This document shows, piece after piece, positions 25,101-36,450 of a stretch of 64,000 nt of DNA. The notes under the pieces were generated by a model. That model was not told the origin of the DNA. It ran no database searches and worked only from the letters and a program-made list of their open reading frames with translations. Where the stretch lies: contig NW_024704743.1 in the NCBI RefSeq assembly GCF_018977255.1, positions 1,178,001-1,242,000 on the forward strand, in the 5' to 3' direction. A program made the translations under genes and the position numbers. The stretch comes from Callorhinchus milii (taxonomy: Eukaryota). Within the stretch, counting starts at the first letter, position 1. Every line of letters starts with the position of its first letter.

Positions 25101-28100
25101 TGTGGAGTAAGGAAACTTGCCCAAAGTCTCCTTACTCAAAGTTTCAACATGGGTTTTGAACCCAGAACCTTCTGACTCAGGAGAGAGTGCTACCATCTAA
25201 GCCAGACTGATAATTTCACTTGCAAATCCCCCTTTATGATTTATTCTTCCCACACTCTGCTTCACTTAACTTAATCTCCGATGGGGAATCCATCAACGAT
25301 TGTTCACAACGGTATGTGTCTTGGCCAACAATCCCCCAGAAAAAAAAAGAAAATGGTCATTCACTTATTGGTTTTGTAGTACATCGCTGTGCACAGTCCT
25401 GTAGCTCAGTGGGTAGAGCACTCACCTCACAAGCGAAAGGGTCTGGGTTTGATTCCAGGGCAGGGTGAAACCTTGGGCAAGTTTCCTTACTCCACACAGT
25501 AAGGAGCAGTTTATCCAGCAGTAAGTAGGAACCCGGTTGTTAAGACAATTAACGAATCACTGTTTTTTAATCCCTCNAAAAAAAAATTGGGGTTACTCAA
25601 TTGACAAGTGCTTGTGATACGCTGCTGTGCGCAATTGGCTGCCACATTTCGCCCTCAAAATACACAGTGAATCCACTTTACAGTATATTCTGTGCAACGC
25701 TTTGAGACATCTGAACAACGTCATAAGTTGCTATATCAATTGCAAGGATTGTTTTTTATTAAGGTAGCATTCCAGACCACTCGCAAGGGACAAGTGAATG
25801 AATAACAGAAGAGAACTGAGTTAACTGGGGTTTTTTTTCTCAAGAGAGCGCGTAATATCTTCTTGATTCCCAACAGTTCGGTGTCTGCAATGGGACACAT
25901 ACTGGTCGAGTCGTCTGCTGCTCAGTCTCCTTCGACACTCGCCACCGGAAGGAACTCGAGGTTTGTTTGCATGTTTGTATTTAGGAGTGTAAAGGCTGCA
26001 AGAAAATACCTGAGTGAATCATTTTCCTGTTAGACAACAGGAGGGTTGGAATGCCCTTCTTTCCAATAACGGGGAAATATTAACACTCTCAGCAGTAATT
26101 GGACTTTCTACTTGTCAGCGGCTGATACAGTATTTCAGTGCCTTGGAACGGTGTGGGTTGGAGCTCCGCGTCAGTCAATGCTGATACTCTAGTGCGAGGG
26201 GGTTTGGGGGGTGGGGGGTCAGTGCTGTGATGTCAGAGATGCTGTCCTGTCCTCGGATAAGATGTTAAACAAAGGTCTATTTTGTTTGTTCCAAATCAAA
26301 CTTTGCCATTGATGAGCGCTCTGAGGCTCCGTCCTGCGTGAAGAGCGCTATGTAAGTCATCGTTAAACATCCTGTGACGTCTCGTCTTTTTCATCTCAGC
26401 ATGAACGGGATTGACGTCAACACTCTCCAGCTACAATGCACTCAATACAAATCACTTTACCAAGCTGTGGAAGTGGAGAGGGACAAACTCCTGGAGCTGG
26501 TCAGTCTTCAGCAGAAGAGGTAGGAATGAAACCAGTAATAATAATAAATAATAATTTAAAACAATGGTCACGCCATCCATAGACACTGCTGTGCCCAACT
26601 GGCTGCCACGTTTGCCCACAAAATACACAGTCAATTCACTTTACAATATATCCTGCGAAGCGCTTTGAGACTTCTCAAAGACAGGATAAGCCGCTGTATC
26701 AAATGCAAGGATTATTACTGTAATTATATAATAATGCACACATTTGATAAAGTGCCTCTCACAACGAGAGGATATCTCGGTGCGTTTTACTGTGATTGCG
26801 TATTCGTAGGCAAACATTGCAGCAGCAATGTCCAGTCAGGTCCCCACAAACAGCCAATTCATGAATTCATGAATATCCCCAGGATTACTGACCAGGACAA
26901 TATACACACAGGCAGTTGTTAACTTGATGAATCTTTTCAGTTAATGTCACTTGATGCAGAAGCACTGCCTGCCTCTGCTCCAGCATCGGCGACGGCCTTT
27001 TCAGTCACTAAGCCCCGAAATGCTCAAACACTCTTCCTATATCCCTCCGCCTTCACCCCCTTCCTTCCCCATCTTCAGGTCGCACCTGAAGACCTTCCTC
27101 TTCGTCGTGCCTTCAGTCACCTTCCCCCTAGCTCGGTGTCATGCTCCGCCACTGTCTGGGACTCTACCCTCGTTACGGACGCTGTGTAAATGCAAGTTAT
27201 TGTTGTCTTGGTTTAGGGTGGAGGGAAGCAGCGAGAAGCTTTTGGAAGCTGAGCGGAAGCTTCAGGAGGTCAGACGACGATCTGCCATTTTGGAGCAACA
27301 GCTTGGAAAAGCCAAACTAGACGCAGGGAAAAGCCACGACCCCAGCAAACACAACAATAAGAACAAGCCAAGTAAGTACAGAGTTACGTTGGGATTACGT
27401 CCAGGCGTCCAGTTGACATTAGAACTGGGCCCTTAAATAAAGGTAAGAAGTGTAACTGCGAGTTGCTGCTGTACGATGCCCAAAACGTTTTAAGTGAGTA
27501 GTCACAATCCAGTGCGGTGAGTAGGGAAACTTGCCTAAGGTTTTTCCCTGCCCGGGAATCCAACCCGGGTCCTCTCACTCGCGAGGCGAGCACACGAGCC
27601 ACTGAGCTGCAGGACTCCAGCTGCAGCAAAAAAAAAAATTCTTGATCAATTGCTAACTCACGTTCTGCATGTCCCTACAAGCGCTCCGAGACTCTGCAGC
27701 CATATAAGTGCAAGTTGTTTTTGTTGTTGTTTTTATGTCCCTTTCCTGTTAGGTGTAGTGACTAAAAGCCACAGTGGGGCCGGGACGTACGTTGTGCAAT
27801 TCCTGAAGCAGATTACCGTGATATTGGTAATATTTTTAAACTGTGGGGAATGTTCTTTTTGTGTCTTCCCAAACTGGGCGAAGTACCGAAGACGATACCT
27901 TTCCCATCAGCTCACGCTGCTCTGTTCTGTTCTTTTGTAAATGAAGATCTGTCCTCAAGTGGTGGGCGTCAGAGCTTGAATCCGTCGAGCAGCAGAGACC
28001 TGCCTCCAGCGATGGCTGTGTCCTCGGATGCACAACTAGAAGAACTTAACACACGGTAACTAACTGTTAAAAACAATGGCTTATGCAAGTCATTGCCCAC

Positions 28101-28603
28101 CATCATTTCAAACGTGCGTACAATAATACAATTGTTTTCGTACAAACAATACACCCGCTTATACCATCGGAGTCGGGAGACATGTTGAACGATAGATAAT
28201 TTACAGCACAGAATGACGGTCATTCTGCCTTCAACGTTACTGAAAATTTCAGGCATTTCACAAATTCTTTGATTACACAACTTTACTGTAACGTGTCTAT
28301 AAATATACTATTTACTGTATATTAATATATATATAGAAAAATCTTAACAATTGTATTTAAACAGTCTGTTCGCCTTTCCTCATCGCTCTGTCAGACCGGG
28401 CGGTTATGTGAGTCTGGGTGTAAACCTGTGGCCTCTGTATTTTCAGGCTCACCATACAGATGGATGAAAACGGAGCCCTGAAGACTGCTTTGCAAAGCAC
28501 CTTGAAAGCCAAACAGGAGGATCTCGCACTGTACCAGGACATGGTCAGTCAGGTGAAACAGATCTTCCTGCAGGCGATTCGACAGCACAAAGACAAACAT
28601 TGA
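12891..28603 (+). CDS. CCDC13: Coiled-coil domain-containing protein 13, 15 coding exons, 734 aa
   Basis: Exons join in frame to 2205 nt. Diagnostic segments [81 protein letters not shown] match CCDC13. Confidence 0.93.
14790..15160 (-). mobile_element. tRNA-Ala-derived SINE, full length
   Basis: Reverse complement of the head at ~15085-15160 and tail at ~14790. Confidence 0.85.
15239..15387 (+). CDS. CCDC13: CCDC13 coding exon 2
   Basis: tttag|[28 protein letters not shown]...LALA G|gtaag. Confidence 0.93.
15415..15800 (-). mobile_element. L2 LINE ORF2 C-terminus and 3' UTR fragment
   Basis: Minus translation [39 protein letters not shown] is the typical L2 ORF2 end; (TTG)n tail on the minus strand. 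Confidence 0.85.
16005..16130 (-). mobile_element. CR1 LINE reverse-transcriptase remnant
   Basis: Minus translation [20 protein letters not shown] resembles CR1 ILxLYKALVRPHLEYCVQFW. Confidence 0.6.
17254..17396 (+). CDS. CCDC13: CCDC13 coding exon 3
   Basis: cacag|[24 protein letters not shown]...ELEKE|gttcgt. Confidence 0.9.
17638..17920 (-). mobile_element. tRNA-Ala SINE, same internally shortened subfamily as 4819-5137
   Basis: Shares the diagnostic ACACAGAGCCTAATAATAATCCCTCCAAAA junction; near-identical to the 4819 copy. Confidence 0.88.
18914..19012 (+). CDS. CCDC13: CCDC13 coding exon 4
   Basis: tttacag|[12 protein letters not shown]...KDGLL|gtcagt. Confidence 0.85.
19130..19497 (-). 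mobile_element. tRNA-Ala SINE
   Basis: Head and tail recognisable on the minus strand. Confidence 0.82.
19904..20020 (+). CDS. CCDC13: CCDC13 coding exon 5
   Basis: caacag|[39 protein letters not shown]|gtatgg. Confidence 0.92.
20320..20870 (+). mobile_element. Deu-domain SINE (SacSINE1/AmnSINE1-like) interrupted by an L2 3' fragment (~20485-20690)
   Basis: GGTGCCGTCCTTCAGATGAGATGTCAAACC...GTGGAC | L2 | GACGTTAAGGATCC...GGTGTCCTGGCCAACAATT resembles the Deu domain (from memory). Confidence 0.65.
21909..22013 (+). CDS. CCDC13: CCDC13 coding exon 6
   Basis: tgtag|[35 protein letters not shown]|gtgaag. Confidence 0.92.
22213..22371 (+). CDS. CCDC13: CCDC13 coding exon 7
   Basis: aaatag|[10 protein letters not shown]...[20 protein letters not shown]|gtaagt. 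Confidence 0.88.
22638..23007 (-). mobile_element. tRNA-Ala SINE, full length
   Basis: Reverse-complement head GCTCAGTGGTTAGAGCCCTCGCCTCGCGAGCGAGAGGACCCGGGTTCGATTCCCGG, body and tail. Confidence 0.88.
23084..23260 (+). CDS. CCDC13: CCDC13 coding exon 8
   Basis: gttcag|[10 protein letters not shown]...[36 protein letters not shown]|gtaaga. Confidence 0.93.
23355..23680 (-). mobile_element. L2 LINE 3' fragment
   Basis: Minus translation [16 protein letters not shown]...[10 protein letters not shown]. Confidence 0.75.
23762..23968 (+). CDS. CCDC13: CCDC13 coding exon 9
   Basis: ttcacag|[10 protein letters not shown]...QQLNSEAQ...[22 protein letters not shown]|gtaagt. Confidence 0.92.
24045..24495 (-). 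mobile_element. tRNA-Ala SINE with a nested short L2-tail insertion (~24280-24350)
   Basis: SINE body interrupted by (AAC)n...GTGCCTTTCACGTCGGGAGGACGTCCCAAGGCGCTG. Confidence 0.75.
24669..24805 (+). CDS. CCDC13: CCDC13 coding exon 10
   Basis: ttcccag|[14 protein letters not shown]...GSLLSA CG|gtgagc; variable region, phases fit the neighbouring exons. Confidence 0.78.
25396..25760 (+). mobile_element. tRNA-Ala SINE, full length
   Basis: GTCCTGTAGCTCAGTGGGTAGAGCACTCACC... through to TGCAAGGATTG tail. Confidence 0.85.
25877..25960 (+). CDS. CCDC13: CCDC13 coding exon 11
   Basis: caacag|[19 protein letters not shown]...RNS AG|gtttgt (human SVTSLGHTLVES). Confidence 0.85.
26400..26519 (+). CDS. 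CCDC13: CCDC13 coding exon 12
   Basis: tctcag|C MNGIDV...[25 protein letters not shown]|gtagga. Confidence 0.88.
26960..27206 (+). mobile_element. L2 LINE 3' fragment abutting the CCDC13 exon 13 acceptor
   Basis: CATCGGCGACGGCCTTTTCAGTCAC...CTGAAGACCTTCCTCTT...GCTGTGTAAATGCAAGTTATTGTTG. Confidence 0.7.
27217..27371 (+). CDS. CCDC13: CCDC13 coding exon 13
   Basis: gtttag|[32 protein letters not shown]...NKP A|gtaagt. Confidence 0.92.
27947..28055 (+). CDS. CCDC13: CCDC13 coding exon 14
   Basis: tcttttgtaaatgaag|[10 protein letters not shown]...[11 protein letters not shown]|gtaac. An in-frame alternative acceptor exists at 27910. Confidence 0.78.
28447..28603 (+). CDS. CCDC13: CCDC13 last coding exon
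   Basis: tttcag|[52 protein letters not shown]. Confidence 0.93.
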
Positions 28604-30885
28604 AAGGGAACACACCAGAGATCCCCTCCTTTGTATCCTGACCCTGAGGGCACAGCCCAGCATTCTGATACTCAACAACAACTTGTATTTATACAGCGCC
28701 CTTGTATTAGAGACTGATGGAAAGCAACACTCGGTCAGAATGGAATTGGCTCCAATCCAACATCACATCAACCTGTGATTCCGCACCAACAGAGACGTTG
28801 CACAACTTGACCCAGGCTATCGTGACCCACGTGTGTTATTGAGGAACAATTATCATTTTGTTGCTGCTTATTACTTATTGCACCTGGAAACACTGAGGGA
28901 GGCAAAGCATTACTTTTTGTCTCCCCAGCCGTCAACGGAACCAGCTTCTTATTTTAAAAAAATTATTCGTCTTTATAAATAATTATAAATCAAAGATATT
29001 ATCCTCAAGGCATGGCGCTGGTTAAAATTAAACGACGTTAATTCCGAGTGGGAAAAGGTTTGGCTGCTTGAGGTGTATAAGCCACACGTTGACAATATTA
29101 CAGACTGTCAGTGAAAGGATTCATTTACCTGTTACCTCAATGTCCACCCCCTCCCACCCCCACCCTTTGTCGTGAAATGAATCGTAACCTTTCACGCTGT
29201 TTGCTTGTTCTCAATGTACGGTTTTCTAAATTAAAACAAAAAGTATTTTTTTAACTGTATGTCTATTGCTTTGGAATTTGGGTTATCCACGAAGGATTTG
29301 GAAGTGCAGACAAGTCACTGGGGGCAGGGAATCCTCCCACTCAGCTCCTGTTAAACCTGCAGCCAAAGCCCTAGTGGGTAGGGTGAGGTCCTAACTAGAC
29401 AAGCAGCGGGAAAGCTTGCCAGGCAGAGACATCGACAAGCTCTACGGTGATTTATTGCATACCATCATATATTATATACTGCAGACCATTATTCCGAGGC
29501 ACTCTGGGATTAGTCATAATAAGCACAACATAGTATTAAACCACAAGGTGACACAAGTTTTAACAGGATCCAGATAAGGATTGAACGTGTGGATGTGAAA
29601 GGTGGTTTCTTTCCCCAGTTCCGAGAATGGGTGTAAACATCCACTTTGATTGTTGTGTGTTTCTGAAACACCAAACTAGTGAGGGTGAGGTTGTAGTTTA
29701 CTGCACAAATGGAAAAACAAATGGAACAGGGTGGGTGGGAAAACCATCAGCTTTGGCGGTTCATTTCCTGTAGTGTCCCGCAGTTAAGAGCGTTCGCCTT
29801 GCAAGCAAGTGTAAAAAAAATTGGTCACTCAATCCACAACTGTTTATCGGGACGCTGCTGTGCGCCATCGGCTGCCGCGTTTTGCCCACAAAATATACAG
29901 TCAATCCACTTTATAATACATCCTGTGAAGCGCTTTGAGACGTCCCAACGATACCAAATGCAAGGATTATTACTGTTAGATGGCGAAGAGTTCAATTTAG
30001 TATGAAAGGACAGAACAACGATAGAGTAGGATTTATTTATTTTGTTTAAATTTGATCTGTTTTATTTTGAGATCCAGCCGGATGGGCCGAGCACGCTGCT
30101 CTGTGCCGGTCCTCACTCTCCTGCGTTCCCATGTACCATCCTGTCACTCCAGGTATTAAATTCACTTAATCCCGAGATCCCATTTCTAACAGTGACGCTG
30201 TCAGCTCGTCCACATTCAAATAAACTCTCGGTACGTCTCCGTATCGTCTTACGTAAAATTTACACTACGTGGCAATTAAATTGTTTCCAAGCCATTTGCC
30301 AGCACAGTGGTCAAATTGTATTAATGATTCCAACACGTTTAGACTGGGGGGGGCAGGGATTCTTCCCACTCAACACCCGTTAACCCTGCAAAGCAAAGCC
30401 CCAACTTTATTATTAGGGTGGTCCTAGCTAGATACGCAGCAGGAAAGCTTGCCAGACAGCGCTCTCAATGGTACGTATCTCTTCACAGTTGGAATCCAAG
30501 CTGCTCCCTTCCAGTGGGTCGGAAGCACTCACTTTTTCTAAGAACCAAAAATCAATTCCTGGGTTTAGAATAAAAACAAGAGTCAATGAAGATCAAATCA
30601 GCATCAGGTTCGGAGTTCTGGGAAGAGCAGACGTTTGGTGGGTGAAGAATCTTTAAGCCAGGCGTCACCGCCTGAGTTTACTAACAGCCTCAGCACAGGC
30701 CAGTCTCGGGCTCAGCCCCAGTGATCTGTGTTGGGTTACAATCAATTTCACGCCATCTCCACTGGACTTGGATTACGCACTGCCGGTCGACGTTCGTGCA
30801 AACTAATGCACTCTCTGCCTGGCCACTGGGGAAGATTTCCTGTAACACTTCACGGTCTATTGAGCTGTTGGAGACCAAACCAAGA

Positions 30886-30927
<42 letters not shown>

Positions 30928-30947
30928 AGCCATACATAACAATATTG

Positions 30948-31260
30948 GTGTCCTGTAGAGTAGTGGTTAGAGCACTCGCCTCGCAAGCGAGAGGACCCGG
31001 GTTTGGTTCCCGGGCAGAGCAAAAATTTAGGCAAGTTTCCTTATTCCACACGGTTCTGTTTATCCAGCATTAAGTAGGAACCCGCTTGTTAGTTGACTGG
31101 TGGATCACTTACCAGGGGTAATAATCCCCCCCAAAAAATGGCCATTCAATCCACGACTCACTAACGTGAGCCGATTCACTTTTCTGTGGAGCGCTTTGAA
31201 ACGTCTCAACGACATGATAAGGCGCTATAACAAAGGCAAGAATTATTATATTCTAATACT
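30948..31260 (+). mobile_element. tRNA-Ala SINE
   Basis: Head GTCCTGTAGAGTAGTGGTTAGAGCACTCGCCTCGCAAGCGAGAGGACCCGGG with Ala(CGC)-like anticodon arm. Confidence 0.82.
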
Positions 31261-32059
31261 AATAATCCTTGCATTTTACATAGCACCTTTCGCATCTTCA
31301 AGGCGTCTTAAGGTGCTTCAAACAATTTTACTGTAAAGCAGAGCGACTGTGAATTTTATATAGAGAACACGACAAGAGAATTTGCGCGCGGCAACGTCCC
31401 GCAAACAAGTGTATGGCCACTTTTATCTGGGAGATTGTTGTCCTGAACTTCCTTCTTCCTTCGAATAGTACCATGGGATCTTTAATGTCCCCAAGAACAA
31501 GAACAGACATCCAGGAAGTCAGTTTAAAGTCTCGCCAGAGGACAGGGCATCGGACAAAATGACCCAACACTGTAAAGGAGACTGTAAAGTGAACGCAAAG
31601 ACCTGACTTTGAACCCACAATCTTCTCGCCCAAGAGACTAGAGTGCTACCAACTGAGTCAGGTTGACACCTGACAACACAATTGCAAAGTTAGCACTTTT
31701 AGGGCCATTTAAATCCACCCTTTTTCTGAGGCGGAATATTAATACTGTTCTTTGCTCTGTCTTCCTTAAGGAACATTTAAAAAAAAACAAGTACTCTCTG
31801 GAATTAGGTAACCAGGGATAGAGGGCACATTCCATTTCCAGACTCAGGGAAATTCCCATGTGTCGGTGGCAGACGTATGTGGAACTCTGTCCGTTGGACA
31901 CCCTTAAGCAAGCCTCCTCCTTGGGGGAGAGAGGTAAGCGGGGACCTCCTTGGAGTTGAACTGGCTCCAAGGTGACATGTTTAGCAACCGAATGTCGGAA
32001 TCGAGCCAACCCTCTGCGGCGTTCCCTATACCTCAGTTCCTGAGCCGGGTACGGTGCAG

Positions 32060-32400
32060 CGGTGAGAGGAGCGAGCACTCTCACCTCTCAGGCAGAGGGT
32101 CGTAGGTTCAAGCTCCCATTTGGGGACTTTGAACTCGTACTCCAGGCTGCCGTTTCCTGACGTGAGGTGCTGGGGGGGGGGGGGGGTGGGGGGGGGGGGG
32201 GGGAGTGCTGCATTGTCAGAGGTGCCTTCCTTCGGATGAGCAGTTTACAGTCTGGCCGTTCAGGTGGACATTAAAGATCCCTCGTGACTACTCAAGAAGA
32301 TAAAGGACTTCTTGTCTCCTGTGTCCTGACCAACATTCCCCCAAACAAAATTGCATTCACTTTATGGCTGTTAGGGGGGGCCCTGCTGTGCGCAAAACTG
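32060..32400 (+). mobile_element. Deu-domain SINE
   Basis: GGTGCCTTCCTTCGGATGAG...GGTGGACATTAAAGATCCC...TGTCCTGACCAACATTCCC. Confidence 0.65.
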
Positions 32401-32967
32401 TACCGTCGAGGATAGCTTATCATTAATATTAATAATAATTCCGGAGAACCTTATCCTATATTTCCACCATTCCTTTACAGAGTCATTATGGACTGCACGG
32501 AAAGTGAAAGTGGATTAGATGCAGTCTTGTTGCAGATGACGATCCCATTTACAGCCGCAGCGTGGCCTGTGTTATAGCCGGAGTTCTGTGTCCCAGGAAA
32601 GGGAAGTGGGGGGGGCGGGGGGGGGGGGTGGCCGTCGTGTGAGCGAAACGGGAATCTCACTCTTGGATTGGATCAATGAATAAATTGTTAATTTCCACCT
32701 CTCTTCCCCCCCCCACCCCTTTCCCTTTGCCATCTGTTGGCACCTGCACCGAGAGCTAATTTATTTTGCTCTTTTAGGGGCTCTCATTGTGCGGACGGAT
32801 CCTTGTATTACTGCGCGTCAGGAATCACAACCCGCCCTCGCTTGGGAGATTTAAAGCAATTGTCCCTTCGCGTCGTGAAGTGGGTTGGCGAGTTAGACGC
32901 AGTTCCATGCAGCAGGTGGGAAGGGCGAACTGTGTTTTCATTCACAGAACTGAATCGTTTCCCCGTA

Positions 32968-33315
32968 TAATAATAATCATAATAGTCATCGCTGCATTTG
33001 ATATAGTGCTTTATCACGTCGTTACGTCGCCTCAAAGGGTTTCACAGGATATACTGTGACGGGAATTGATTCTGCATTTTGTGGGCGAAGGGCGACAGCC
33101 AATTGTGCACCGCGGTGTCCCACAAACAGTCATAGATTGAGCCACCAATTTATTTATTTAGTTTTGAAGGAATTTTTACCCCCGGAAAAGCGATCGGCCG
33201 ATCGACTAACAACCGAGTTTCTGCTTATTAATAGGTAAACAGAGGCGTGTGGAGTAAGGAAAGTTACCTGAGGTTTCGCCCGGCCCGGGAATCAAACCCA
33301 GGTGCTCTCGCTTAC
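32968..33315 (-). mobile_element. tRNA-Ala SINE
   Basis: Reverse-complement body and tail, partial head. Confidence 0.8.
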
Positions 33316-33590
33316 GTTTGATCTGCCTGCGGAATGGCTCAGATGTGTCGACATGTCCTCACGTGAGTCTGGAATACCTCTTGTAGATGAGGAAGGCACA
33401 GCCCGACAAGCGTTGCGAAATGTACCGGCAGCTCCTGCTGTATCAGCTGTGCGCTGCTTTGGGTATTTATATAATGACAATCACAATTCCGTATCACTTG
33501 ATTGGGATCTCCCTTGCATTCTGTTCTGTGTGTTTGTATGTCTGCTGAGTATGTACACTATCTCTTCGATGTGTGAGTGTGTGTGTATAT

Positions 33591-33621
<31 letters not shown>

Positions 33622-34499
33622 AGAGAGGTCAGATCTCAAGGACAAGAAAAAAAATAAGAAAACAAGTTTCAAGAAATCACTTTTTTTTTCACAGCACAGA
33701 ATTAGACAGACCGTCGTCGCAGCGCGAAAAAAATTGTCCCCACTTTATACTCCGCCCAAGCTTCCTAACTCCCCACGTGTACCGTAAAACTCACGTAAGT
33801 CCTATCCTTACAAGCCGTCGTACTTGCAACCGAATCCCATTCCGTTTCCTACCGAAAGCCACTTTGATTTCTTTGCACTAGTCATATTTTATCAAACCGT
33901 CTAGTCCGATTATGTTGATCTAAACCAGACTATCCACATATGTACGCCACCCACACGTACAAACGTCCCCGTGTACGGATTGGAATGCACACACCCTACC
34001 TGGAGGGACACACCCTTGATCCAGAGAGTGTAAGGTACAAGTTGGAGAGAGCCAAGGCTTGGGGGGTGGGGGGGACCCCGGACAGAGTAAGTATGGGTCA
34101 CTGTTGGAATTTAACTAATCCCAACTCGCTTCTCATTTCTCAAAACGAGGGCTTTGGCTTTGCAGCAGCAACAGCAACAACTTGAATTTACATAGCGTGG
34201 GGTAACGCTTCAGAACGCTTTTGCGAGCAGGTTGGAGAGAGAGAGATGCTCGAGCGTGAAGTGATTAGCACTGGAGTGTGAGGATCTTGTAATCGGGGGT
34301 AACAGGAGCTCCGAAGATTCCCTGTTGCTGCTTTCTTTTGTTCCCAGTGATACCAAAAAGTTGAATATCCCTCCAAATAAATCGGCACTCGCTTAGAAAT
34401 GCAGTCACTATCCTTTACAGCGATCCCCAGTGAAGCGCTTTGAGATATTTCAAAATCAGAGGCAAGATTTTTTGTTATTTTTTTAAAAATAATAAGTGT

Positions 34500-34875
34500 G
34501 GATAATAATAATAGTAATCCTTGCATTTGATATTGCGCCGTATCACTCCGTTGAGACCCCTCAAAGCGCTTCACAGAATATATCGCGAAGCGAATTGACT
34601 GTATATTTTGTGGGCGAAACCCGGCCGCCAATTGCGCGCGGCGGCGTCCCCACAAAACAGTCACGGAGCGAGTGGACCAAAGTTTTCTTTGGGTGGGAGC
34701 GGTCATCACCCCCGGACAGCGATCCACCAATCAACCAACAAACGGGGTTCCTACTTACTACTCGGTTGACCTGTGGAGTGAAGAGACTCGCCGAAGATCT
34801 CGCCCTGCCCGGGAATCAGACCCGGGTCCCCTCGCTTGCGCGGCGAGGGCTCTGACCAGGTACCCTCCGAGGGCT
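34500..34875 (-). mobile_element. tRNA-Ala SINE, GC-shifted copy
   Basis: Reverse-complement head, body and tail recognisable. Confidence 0.8.
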
Positions 34876-36067
34876 CCGCGTCAACCGTTCCAGATTAACT
34901 TGTCTGATGGGTTTCACCTTTCCTTTAGAGGACCAGGGGTGGTGGGTCAGGGGGTGAAAGGAATGGAGAGGGAGAGAGAGGGAGAGAGGGAGAGAGGATG
35001 GATCAGTTGCCTGGTCTTTTATTGGTTTGTGAAGGCTGTCAATTTCTGTCCCAAGAGAGCAAGAGAGCATCCAGCCTGGCAACTCTCCCCCTTTGATGGA
35101 CACCTCCCAGGACCAGCCAGAGTTGCTGGTAGAAAAGAAATCCCTCGTTCATTTCCACCCAACCCACTGGTGCCATCAGTGTGTGGTAAAAAAAAATTGG
35201 GAAGCAAAGTGTCAGTACTGCAACCTCAGGCAGTAACTTCCTCCTCCCTTTTTTTTAAAATAATATCTTCCATGAAATCAGACCCCCCCCCCCTCCCCAC
35301 ACCCCCTCACACACACACACAGCCAGGGTGTGCTCACTGGGGGTGTGAGTGAGGGACTTGCTGGATTCAAGGTCAGTTCCATCGATCGTGCGTTCGTCGC
35401 AAACGCTAAACATCGAAAGGCTCGCGTTATTGCAATTGCAATCGCAATAAGAGGTAGAGGTGACTTAAACGCTTAGTGTGTGCTGTGTGTGAGCTATTAA
35501 CATCCCCTGCAATGATGATGATGATGGTGGGGGTTGGGGGGGGGAATCCTCTATCCCCTCGTTCATTTATCCTTTTATGAGTGCACGTTCGCAAATGTAT
35601 TATTTTTGATGAATTAAGGACTGCGTTCAGTTTGGAGTCGGATCAGTTGTGGGAATGAAATGCCTTCGGAGTGTGCGAGCATTTAAATTGCAATGCGTGG
35701 AAGTGTGGTTACAAATATTCCATGGGATGGGGGGGAGAGATGGAGAGAGGGAGAGAGAGAGTGAGAGAGAGAAAAAGAGAGAGAGAGAGAGAGAATGCTG
35801 CATTTTCAGAGAGGGCGTTTGATTTCTACTTATAGCTATCGAGTATCACTGCAGCTGACGATCTCTCTCTCCCTCTCTCTCTCTCTGCAGCTTAAAATAG
35901 TCGATGGTTGTGCTGACATTTGCTTTTCCAGTTGGGATTTCTAAGCAATTAACAGATCTGCTCCATTTGCTGCAACAAGACAAACGGAAATATATAACGT
36001 ACATATAATATATTAAATGTAAAGAAACCCCGGTGCCGAGAAAAGACAATTGTTCCTTAGAATAAAT

Positions 36068-36450
36068 CTTAACAACAATCCTTGCATTTGGTGCGGCGCC
36101 TTATCAGGTCCTCGAGACGTCTCAAATACACCGCGAAGTGGACGGACTGTACGTTTGCGGGAGAAACGCACAGCAGCGTTCCGCAAACAGTCGCGGACTG
36201 GACTGGACTGGACTGGACTGAGTGACCAAACTGTCATTGTTTGGGCGTTTTTTTTTTAAAAAGGGATTATTAGCCCCGGAAAAAGCGATCCGCCAATCGA
36301 ATAACAACCGGGCTCCGACTTACTGCCGGGTAAACAGAGGCGGGTGGGGTCAGGAAACTTGCCTAAGGTTTCGCCCCCTGCCCGGGAATCGAACCGCCCG
36401 GGCTCTCTCTCGCTCGCAAGGCGAGTTCTCTCACCAATATGCCACTGGAT
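36068..36450 (-). mobile_element. tRNA-Ala SINE
   Basis: Reverse-complement head, body and tail; internal (GGACT)n expansion. Confidence 0.78.

Noticed and set aside
27911..27946. Upstream in-frame acceptor for CCDC13 exon 14
   Set aside because: It would translate the polypyrimidine tract ([11 protein letters not shown]); the 27947 start fits the recalled human exon length better, though alternative use is not excluded
31638..32084. 148-aa minus-strand ORF
   Set aside because: Spans SINE pieces and a dispersed-repeat fragment; no recognisable domain or splice structure
34672..35352. 226-aa plus-strand ORF
   Set aside because: Starts inside an antisense SINE and runs through simple repeats; no recognisable homology
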